DNA of 32,150 nucleotides from a virus. Its lineage: Duplodnaviria > Caudoviricetes. Of the stretch, positions 7,224 to 14,212 are shown piece by piece (positions within the stretch are counted from its first letter, which is position 1; each line of letters starts with the position of its first letter). The DNA lies in IMG/VR virus record IMGVR_UViG_3300027672_000002, positions 1-32,150 of that record, one strand, 5' to 3'. The translations under genes were made by a program, and so were the position numbers. The notes under the pieces are model-generated. The model saw nothing but the letters and a program-made list of their open reading frames with translations. It was not told the origin of the DNA and did no database searches.

Positions 7224-7817
7224 ATGATACAAAAAGTTAAGATTACCGAGATTTTCTCAAATTCCACTAATCCTAGGACGATACAAAAGGATAAGTTTAA
7301 AAAATTATGCAATAGCATAAAAGAATTTCCAGAGATGCTAAAGCTAAGACCAATTGTGGTTAATAGTGAAATGGGTATACTTGGCGGAAATATGAGGTAC
7401 AAGGCTTGTCAAGAAATTGGACTCAAAGAGGTTTACATAATTAAAGCTGAAAACTTTACTGATGATCAGATACAAGAGTTTATAATAAAAGACAATGTCG
7501 GGTTCGGAGAATGGGACTGGGACATTTTAGCAAACACTTGGGATGTTGAAAAGCTAAATGAATGGGGACTTGAAGTTCCAAGCATTGAGGATTTTACTGG
7601 TGTTGAAGAGCAAGAAATAGAATTTAGCGAGTATCTAGACGAAGCTCACAACTATGTTGTTTTACTATTTGACTCAGACGTTGATTGGTTAAGTGCTCAA
7701 ACTCATTTTAACATAAAGTCCGTTCATTCTATGAGAGCAAACGGAAAGCCTTGGTCTAAGGGCATAGGAAGGGTGCTGGATGGTGCTGAATACTTAAAGG
7801 GTATAAAGGATGTCTAA
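7224..7817 (+). CDS. ParB/Srx-like N-terminal domain protein with distinct C-terminal domain
   Basis: NPRTI...LRPIVV...ILGGNMRYKAC...IKDNVGFGEWD. Confidence 0.85.
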   Translation: MIQKVKITEIFSNSTNPRTIQKDKFKKLCNSIKEFPEMLKLRPIVVNSEMGILGGNMRYKACQEIGLKEVYIIKAENFTDDQIQEFIIKDNVGFGEWDWDILANTWDVEKLNEWGLEVPSIEDFTGVEEQEIEFSEYLDEAHNYVVLLFDSDVDWLSAQTHFNIKSVHSMRANGKPWSKGIGRVLDGAEYLKGIKDV

Positions 7818-8526
7818 CATATACATACCCTCTTACAATCGTTCTGAATCTGTCAAGACTTATGAATATTTTGGATGTGGTCAAATCATAGTGCCGAAAA
7901 GTCAAGAAAAGGAATACAAGAAAAGATATGGCAATGCTGTAAAAAGCATACCTGATAGCAGAGACGGCTCTGTTTCTAAAAAAAGAAATGCAATACTAGA
8001 TCTGATAGAAGAAGAACAAGAGGATGGTTATGGATGGATCATAGATGATGACTTAGTAAAAATAAAGAGAAAAAAAGAAGCTAATTACTTAGAGCAAGAA
8101 GAGTCACTAGAGTTATTAGATAAAATACATCTAATGGCAAAAGATATGAAAGCTACTTACGCAGGTGTTGATTATTCACTTGATAATAAAAAAAGAATGG
8201 ACTTTGAACCATTTTCTCTTAAAAAACCAATTTTTGGAGCAACATTAATCTATGCTAAAGATGGGTTAAAATACGACGAGAGATTTAAGATAAACGAAGA
8301 CGTGGAGTTCTGGATACAAAAGCTAAACCTCAACAGAAGGATTTTAAAAGACAACCAATATGCAATGGTGTTCTTTGGTGAAGATGGCGGAAAAGATAGC
8401 GTAATCGGTTACAGCAATGATGACAGAAGGGTATATGCTACTATGCTAAACAATAAATGGGGAAAGAAGATAATGAACTGGAAAAAGACAGGATTTCAAT
8501 TTGACAATCCAATTAAGGGGGTATGA
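7810..8526 (+). CDS. GT-A fold glycosyltransferase 1 (GREB1/TET-associated GT-like)
   Basis: IYIPSYNR, KRNAILD, IIDDD, YDERFKINEDVEFWIQ, GG motifs. Confidence 0.75.
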   Translation: MSNIYIPSYNRSESVKTYEYFGCGQIIVPKSQEKEYKKRYGNAVKSIPDSRDGSVSKKRNAILDLIEEEQEDGYGWIIDDDLVKIKRKKEANYLEQEESLELLDKIHLMAKDMKATYAGVDYSLDNKKRMDFEPFSLKKPIFGATLIYAKDGLKYDERFKINEDVEFWIQKLNLNRRILKDNQYAMVFFGEDGGKDSVIGYSNDDRRVYATMLNNKWGKKIMNWKKTGFQFDNPIKGV

Positions 8527-9266
8527 AAATATATGCACCAAGTTTTAAGAGAGCTAACGGAGTAAAGACTCACAAAATTATTCCAGAAGTAATTTATTGC
8601 GTACACGAATTTGAAGCTGAAGAATACAAAAAACTCGGTTACAATATTCAGGTTATGCCAGATAGCGTAAAAGGTAATATAGCAAGAGTAAGAAATTACA
8701 TACTTGAAAACTACACAAAACAAAAGTGCTTAATTATAGATGATGATATCGAGGCTATTAAAAGGTGGAACTTAAAAGATGGAAAACCTAAGCAAGAAAA
8801 AATAGAAAACATACACGAATGGATTGAGCAATGCTTTAATATGGCTGAAGAAAGTCAAGCAAGACTATGGGGGGTTAATATACTAGGTGACAAAGGAAGC
8901 TATAGAGAATACTCACCAATCAGTTTTACAAATACTGTTTCAGCTTCTTTTATGGGATTTTTAAATAATCAACTTAGATTTGATGAAAGGTTGCCTTTAA
9001 AAGATGATTATGACTATTGCCTACAAAACCTTGACAGATATAGAAAAATACTAAGATTCAACTATGCTTGTCTGGTTAAGAAAGATCACGGAAACTTAGG
9101 GGGGTGTGCTGATTACAGAACAATGAGCAGAGAAAAGGATCAATTAAATTTACTACAAAAGAAATGGGGCAAGAAAATTGTGAAAATAGATACTACTCAA
9201 AGAGGTAAGAAAACAAAAAACTTTGATCTTAACCCCATTATAAAAGCTCCAATAAAAGGAATCTAA
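8523..9266 (+). CDS. GT-A fold glycosyltransferase 2 (GREB1/TET-associated GT-like)
   Basis: IYAPSFKR, VRNYILE, IIDDD, FDERLPLKDDYDYCLQ, GGC..YR, KKWG. Confidence 0.8.
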   Translation: MKIYAPSFKRANGVKTHKIIPEVIYCVHEFEAEEYKKLGYNIQVMPDSVKGNIARVRNYILENYTKQKCLIIDDDIEAIKRWNLKDGKPKQEKIENIHEWIEQCFNMAEESQARLWGVNILGDKGSYREYSPISFTNTVSASFMGFLNNQLRFDERLPLKDDYDYCLQNLDRYRKILRFNYACLVKKDHGNLGGCADYRTMSREKDQLNLLQKKWGKKIVKIDTTQRGKKTKNFDLNPIIKAPIKGI

Positions 9267-9267
9267 T

Positions 9268-9624
9268 ATGAACAAAACCGAACAACATAAAAAAGGAATG
9301 CTCGAAGCGTTAGAGAAATCGCTAGGAGTAGTTACTACTGCTTGTAAGAAGATGGGCGTAGGAAGAACACAGTTTTACCATTGGTTAAAAGAAGATCAGG
9401 AATTTAGGGAACAAGTTGAAGAAATAGAGAACATCGCTTTAGATTTTGCAGAGTCTCAATTGCATAAACAAATTGGAGACGGAAGTACAAGTGCTACTAT
9501 ATTTTACCTAAAAACAAAAGGCAAGAACAGAGGATACATTGAGCGTCAAGAAATAACAGGAGCAGATGGAATGCCTACTAACTTTCAAATAGAAATCATT
9601 GATTCCATTAAAAATAAAGACTAA
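9268..9624 (+). CDS. terS: Terminase small subunit
   Basis: HTH (GVVTTACKKMGVGRTQFYHW), ATIFYLKTKGKNRGY, EITGADG; upstream of TerL. Confidence 0.8.
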   Translation: MNKTEQHKKGMLEALEKSLGVVTTACKKMGVGRTQFYHWLKEDQEFREQVEEIENIALDFAESQLHKQIGDGSTSATIFYLKTKGKNRGYIERQEITGADGMPTNFQIEIIDSIKNKD

Positions 9625-10762
9625 TGTCGTATACAAGCATTTAGTTGAGAACCAAAAAAAGATTGTAGTTGAGCAAGGCGGTACAAGGTCTGGAAAAACC
9701 TATAACATTATACTTTGGATTATATTCGAGTATTGCACAAGGAATAACAATAAGATTATTACGATATGCCGAAAAACCTTTCCTAGTTTAAGAGCTACCG
9801 TATTGCGTGATTTTATGTCTATACTGCAAGGCAATAAAATATATAACGAAAAATACCATAACAAGTCTAATTCGGAATACCACTTATTCGGAAACCTTGT
9901 TGAGTTCATATCCTTAGATCAACCCCAAAAAATTAGAGGACGTAAAAGAGATTTACTATTTGTAAATGAAGCTAACGAACTATATTTTGAGGATTGGCAA
10001 CAATTGCTATTTAGGACTCAAGAAAAAATAATAATAGATTTTAACCCATCTGACGAATACCATTGGATTTATGATAGGGTGATTCCCAGAGAGGACTGTG
10101 CTTTTTTTAAGACGACATACCTTGACAATCCATTTGTTGAGGATTCTATAATACAGGAAATTGAAAGGCTTAGAGATACAGACGATCAATATTGGCAAGT
10201 TTATGGACTTGGCGAAAGGGCGGCTAGTCGTAGTACTATTTTTAAATACTTTGAGGTAAACAGAATACCTGAACAAGCAAATCTTATTGCTTATGGTATG
10301 GATTTTGGATACACTAATGATCCTACTACTTTTGTTGCTGTATACACAGAGGGATACAATTTATATGTGCAAGAGCATCTTTATAGAACTCAGATGACAA
10401 CTCAAGACATTAACGTGTTTTTGAGAGAACAGAATTTATCTAGCAATCCTATTTACGCCGATAGTGCAGAGCCTAGATTAATTAGTGAATTGAGAAGAAT
10501 GGGACATAACATATTGCCTAGTATAAAGGGACGAGACTCTGTTAATGCTGGAATCGATTTACTTAAACGGTACAAGATTCACATAGTTAGTTCTTCAACA
10601 AATGCTATAGCAGAGTTCAGGGCTTACAAATGGAAAGAAGACAAAGCAGGTATGCTGGTAAATATTCCAGAGGATAAAAACAATCATATTATTGACCCTT
10701 GTCGATATGCTACTTATTCTATATTGTCTAGACCCAATTTTGGTAAGTACACTCTGCATTAA
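9599..10762 (+). CDS. terL: Terminase large subunit (PBSX/Terminase_3 type); TTG start
   Basis: QGGTRSGKT, NEANE, DFNP, GMDFGY..DP, ADSAEP, NHIIDP.RYA. Confidence 0.95.
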   Translation: MIPLKIKTNVVYKHLVENQKKIVVEQGGTRSGKTYNIILWIIFEYCTRNNNKIITICRKTFPSLRATVLRDFMSILQGNKIYNEKYHNKSNSEYHLFGNLVEFISLDQPQKIRGRKRDLLFVNEANELYFEDWQQLLFRTQEKIIIDFNPSDEYHWIYDRVIPREDCAFFKTTYLDNPFVEDSIIQEIERLRDTDDQYWQVYGLGERAASRSTIFKYFEVNRIPEQANLIAYGMDFGYTNDPTTFVAVYTEGYNLYVQEHLYRTQMTTQDINVFLREQNLSSNPIYADSAEPRLISELRRMGHNILPSIKGRDSVNAGIDLLKRYKIHIVSSSTNAIAEFRAYKWKEDKAGMLVNIPEDKNNHIIDPCRYATYSILSRPNFGKYTLH

Positions 10763-10766
10763 AATA

Positions 10767-10828
10767 AGTTGTGAACGATTTTGTTTATAACTTTAAAAGG
10801 TGTATATTTAAGTATTAATAAAAACAGA
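10767..10828 (+). promoter_or_regulatory. Early promoter/operator C plus leader
   Basis: Near-copy of promoter B; TTTG-N19-TATATTTA. Confidence 0.8.
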
Positions 10829-10831
10829 CAT

Positions 10832-11017
10832 ATGAAAACATTTAAAAAGTACAGTCAAAACTTAAAGAGGGTTGGCAATGAAATTAAAAGTTACAATACA
10901 ATTGTCGCGAGGATCGAAGGCAATGACTTACTTCAGTTAGGTTATTGGTCACAGACCACACAAAAGCACATTAATTATGTAGCTGATGAGTTAGACCTAA
11001 TTTTAATCAAAGAATAA
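10832..11017 (+). CDS. Hypothetical protein (61 aa; start corrected to ATG 10832)
   Basis: The track's TTG start lies inside the promoter; SYNTIVA...WSQTTQKHIN motif. Confidence 0.75.
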   Translation: MKTFKKYSQNLKRVGNEIKSYNTIVARIEGNDLLQLGYWSQTTQKHINYVADELDLILIKE

Positions 11018-11018
11018 T

Positions 11019-11099
11019 ATGGAGACTGAAAAGCCCTCAAAACCACTATCCTCTTACGTGGCCTCAATCAATAATAACCTAATGCAAATAATTAAGTAA
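11019..11099 (+). CDS. Possible 26-aa peptide
   Basis: Fills the gap; TAATG coupling to 11099. Confidence 0.4.
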   Translation: METEKPSKPLSSYVASINNNLMQIIK

Positions 11100-11329
11100 T
11101 GGAGTTTGAATTTATATACGGAAGCGAAACAGTTGAGGTCATTGGTACAATTGGTTATTCTGGAGACGAAGGTAATTATGATACTCCTGCCTACTATGAG
11201 GCTATCTATGACCCTAATGACTTAGAGATTACAGTAAGTGGGGAATACGATTCATACTCAGTTCAATGGGAAAGATTAGCAGAAGACTTAAAGTTTAAGA
11301 TTGTTAAAGAGATAGAGGAAAGGATTTAA
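11099..11329 (+). CDS. Small strongly acidic protein
   Basis: 19 D/E versus 5 K/R in 76 aa. Confidence 0.7.
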   Translation: MEFEFIYGSETVEVIGTIGYSGDEGNYDTPAYYEAIYDPNDLEITVSGEYDSYSVQWERLAEDLKFKIVKEIEERI

Positions 11330-11353
11330 GTGCACGACATATGAGTAGATTAT

Positions 11354-11383
11354 AAAGGCGGTCAGAAATGGCTGCCTTTTTTT
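11354..11383 (+). terminator. Intrinsic terminator
   Basis: AAAGGCGGTCA-GAAA-TGGCTGCCTTT followed by a T-run. Confidence 0.9.
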
Positions 11384-11398
11384 ATTTAGATTTACTAC

Positions 11399-11428
11399 TA
11401 TAAAAATAAACATAAATTACGTTATATA
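11399..11428 (+). promoter_or_regulatory. Late promoter 2
   Basis: TATAAA-N13-TACGTTATATA, 3 nt before ATG 11432. Confidence 0.8.
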
Positions 11429-11431
11429 CAT

Positions 11432-12082
11432 ATGGCAATTAAAATTGAAATACCAACATCGTTAAAAGATATAACCCTTAGACAATACAAAAAATTTCTA
11501 AAGGCTGAACAAATGGAAAAAGAGGAAAGGCTTTTAAATGCAAAGCTAATCCAGATCTTTTGCAATGTTGAGATAAAGGACGTAATGCTATTACAGGTTA
11601 ATGATGCAGAAGACATAGCAAAAATGATATCCGACATATTTGATCAAAAACCTAAATTAGTAACAAGGTTTAAATTAAACAATATTGACTATGGATTTCA
11701 ACCTCAATTAGACGATTTAACATTAGGTGAGTATATAGACCTAGACACCTTCATAGGTGATTGGGAAAATATGGAAAAGGCAATGAACGTTCTATACAGA
11801 CCAGTTATTGTAAAGATGAAAGAAAAATACTCTATTGACAAGTACGTTATTGAAAACGATGATTTACTTCTGGATATGCCTATGGATGCAGTGATGTCCT
11901 CAATTTTTTTTTTGTGGAATTTAGGGCTAGACTTAGCGAGAACTATGACGAACTCTTTGGACAATCAGGAAAAGATAGCTTTGACTCAGCATCTCAATTC
12001 TCAGCAAAGTGGGGTTGGTATCAATCAATTTACGGACTCGCTCAAGGCGATGTTACAAGATTTGAAAATATCACTGAATTGA
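11432..12082 (+). CDS. Putative tail assembly chaperone (0-frame product)
   Basis: Contains a T10 slippery run at 11904-11913; DLTLGEYIDLD motif; heads the tail operon. Confidence 0.6.
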   Translation: MAIKIEIPTSLKDITLRQYKKFLKAEQMEKEERLLNAKLIQIFCNVEIKDVMLLQVNDAEDIAKMISDIFDQKPKLVTRFKLNNIDYGFQPQLDDLTLGEYIDLDTFIGDWENMEKAMNVLYRPVIVKMKEKYSIDKYVIENDDLLLDMPMDAVMSSIFFLWNLGLDLARTMTNSLDNQEKIALTQHLNSQQSGVGINQFTDSLKAMLQDLKISLN

Positions 12083-12168
12083 ATCTACACACCTGTCTTA
12101 TGATGTTGGCCTTTATGAAAGAAAAAAACGAGTTAGAAGCAAAACAAATTAAAAAGAATTTCAAATGA
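11904..12168 (+). CDS. -1 frameshift extension of 11432 ORF (gpGT-like)
   Basis: T-TTT-TTT heptamer; -1 frame open to 12168 (FVEFRARL...KWGWYQSIY); ATGA-coupled to next gene. Confidence 0.7.
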
Positions 12169-12635
12169 GCAACCAAGGCGTAAGGGGTTTTTACCAATTA
12201 ACTGAAACAATAAAGACTGAGCTTCTACAAGATCAGAATATAAACACGGTTACTACAGGTGACATTACTGATGTTAATTTAAACAAACAGGACATATTCC
12301 CCCTTGGACATATTATAATCAATAACGTGGTAGATGAGGAGCAGACACTAACGTTTAATATAACTATTCTAGCCTGTGATATTGTTAACCAATCCAAAGA
12401 ACCAACTGCTGACAGGTTTAGGGGAAACAACGATGTGCAGGATATATTGAACACTCAACTCGCTGTGCTTAATAGATTGACTCAAAGGCTAAGAATGGGT
12501 ACTCTACATACAGATATGTATCAACTAAATGGAAACCCTAACCTCACTCCATTTTATGATAGGTTTGAGAATCAACTAGCAGGATGGTCAGTTACTATGG
12601 ATGTGATGATTTACAATGATATATACATCTGCTAA
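12165..12635 (+). CDS. Putative tail terminator/completion protein
   Basis: Size, IFPLGHI and LAGWSVTMDV pattern, position. Confidence 0.55.
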   Translation: MSNQGVRGFYQLTETIKTELLQDQNINTVTTGDITDVNLNKQDIFPLGHIIINNVVDEEQTLTFNITILACDIVNQSKEPTADRFRGNNDVQDILNTQLAVLNRLTQRLRMGTLHTDMYQLNGNPNLTPFYDRFENQLAGWSVTMDVMIYNDIYIC

Positions 12636-13168
12636 TGAACTTTCAAAACCTTGACGATATACTAGAAAAGTATGCTAAATACGTAGTGCAACAATCTAGA
12701 TCAAATCTTACTAAAGACAACAAAGGAGCTGGGCCATTGTATAACTCAGTTTCTTATGATATTGAAATAGAGGCGAAAAATTTCTTGGTAAACTTCTTAA
12801 TGGAGGACTATGGGGCTTTTGTAGATAAAGGTGTAAAAGGAAAGACATCTACTTACCCACAAACTTCTGCTGCTTTATCCCAGTTTCAATACGGAAGTGG
12901 AACAGGGCCAAGAGGAGGATTAACTGCTGGTATTAACAAATGGCTTAGACAAAAGCAATTTCAATGGAAAGACAAAAAGACTGGCCGTTTTTTATCGTAT
13001 CAGTCTATGAGCTATTTAATATCGAGAAGCATATATAACAAAGGGTTAAAAGCCAATCTATTTTTTAGTAAGCCATTTGAGGCTGGATTAAATAGACTAC
13101 CTACTGAAATGCTTGAAGCTTTTAGCCTTGACATAGAAAACGCAATAATACTAGGAACAAACAATTAA
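12635..13168 (+). CDS. Putative neck/tail completion protein (HK97 gp10-like)
   Basis: G.LYNSV, YGAFVDKG, KGLKANLFFSKPF. Confidence 0.55.
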   Translation: MNFQNLDDILEKYAKYVVQQSRSNLTKDNKGAGPLYNSVSYDIEIEAKNFLVNFLMEDYGAFVDKGVKGKTSTYPQTSAALSQFQYGSGTGPRGGLTAGINKWLRQKQFQWKDKKTGRFLSYQSMSYLISRSIYNKGLKANLFFSKPFEAGLNRLPTEMLEAFSLDIENAIILGTNN

Positions 13169-13171
13169 ATT

Positions 13172-14212
13172 ATGCCAACTAATTACGGTTTAAGAAGCCC
13201 ACTATATTCCCAAGCAACTACGGGAAACAGTTTAATAAAATCTGCAAAGCTATCATTGAATATTAGTGGTACATTGATTTATGCTATCGTAAAAGATGTG
13301 ACAACTGGTGTGCCAGTAACCTTTGAAATTGCTGAACTGCTTAGAGACTATTTGCAGGTAACATTTAGTGAAACCTTTGCGACTCCTGTACCACAGAAAA
13401 TCACATTTACATCAACCATAACTTTTTACTCAGCGATAAACGCGGGAGGCAGCGCCGTGGGTTCTCCTGTGACTACATTGGGCGGTGATGGATACGAGGG
13501 TTATAGCCTTTTTATTGATGGGACAAACTCATCTATTCCATATCGTAACAGGTCTGCGAGTGCGGCTACTTGGTTACTGGCAGAAAAGACACCTGCAACA
13601 GCGGCTACAAACGATGACTTCGTGATATTTGTTCCTGAAGGTTTTTCAGGTTTTGCAGGTTTTATGGCTGCGAATGGGGTCATCAGTTATCAGGCTTACA
13701 GCACAACAGACACAACCAAAACAGTTGACAGCATACTCTTAACTATCAATAGAATAAGTTGCACAAAATACGGTGCTGGAACGAAGGTCACTTTTGTAAA
13801 CAGATTCGGGGTGTTACAGGATTTATGGTTTTTCCTTAAAGAAGTCAAGACAATGGCTAAAACAAAAGAAAACTATAAGGCTAATACTTTAGCTTATGCG
13901 GCTGATGTGGCTGCACCTACTTACTCACAGTCAGACCCAACGGTTAAAATACTAAACACACAGGCCAAACAGAGTCATATTCATTCAAGTGGTTACTATC
14001 CTGAGTTTGCAAATAAATACTTTGAGGAGCTATTATTAAGCGAGAACGTATGGATAACTAGGGAAAGAATCCAACAACCAAACACGCCTGAGATTATTCC
14101 TGTTGTGGTTAAAAATTCCACTATGACATACAAGACCTCAGTAAATGATAGGTTAATAGAATACACTATTGAGTTTGAAGATGCCTTTGACTATATAAAT
14201 AACGTAAGATAG
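13172..14212 (+). CDS. Structural tail/baseplate protein (distal-tail-like)
   Basis: Beta-rich; FVNRFGVLQDLWF, ELLLSENVW; upstream of tail-tip gene. Confidence 0.55.
   Translation: MPTNYGLRSPLYSQATTGNSLIKSAKLSLNISGTLIYAIVKDVTTGVPVTFEIAELLRDYLQVTFSETFATPVPQKITFTSTITFYSAINAGGSAVGSPVTTLGGDGYEGYSLFIDGTNSSIPYRNRSASAATWLLAEKTPATAATNDDFVIFVPEGFSGFAGFMAANGVISYQAYSTTDTTKTVDSILLTINRISCTKYGAGTKVTFVNRFGVLQDLWFFLKEVKTMAKTKENYKANTLAYAADVAAPTYSQSDPTVKILNTQAKQSHIHSSGYYPEFANKYFEELLLSENVWITRERIQQPNTPEIIPVVVKNSTMTYKTSVNDRLIEYTIEFEDAFDYINNVR

Noticed and set aside
7224-7817. ParB as evidence of a plasmid-prophage partition system
   Set aside because: No ParA, no ParB HTH/dimerisation region recognised, and it sits in the late packaging operon.
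10781-10831. TTG start of the ORF track's 78-aa call
   Set aside because: It lies within promoter C; ATG 10832 after the shared leader is the better start.
11843-11851. Partial late-promoter matches TACGTTAT here and near 26838
   Set aside because: Inside coding regions and lacking the full TATATA end and the adjacent gene start.
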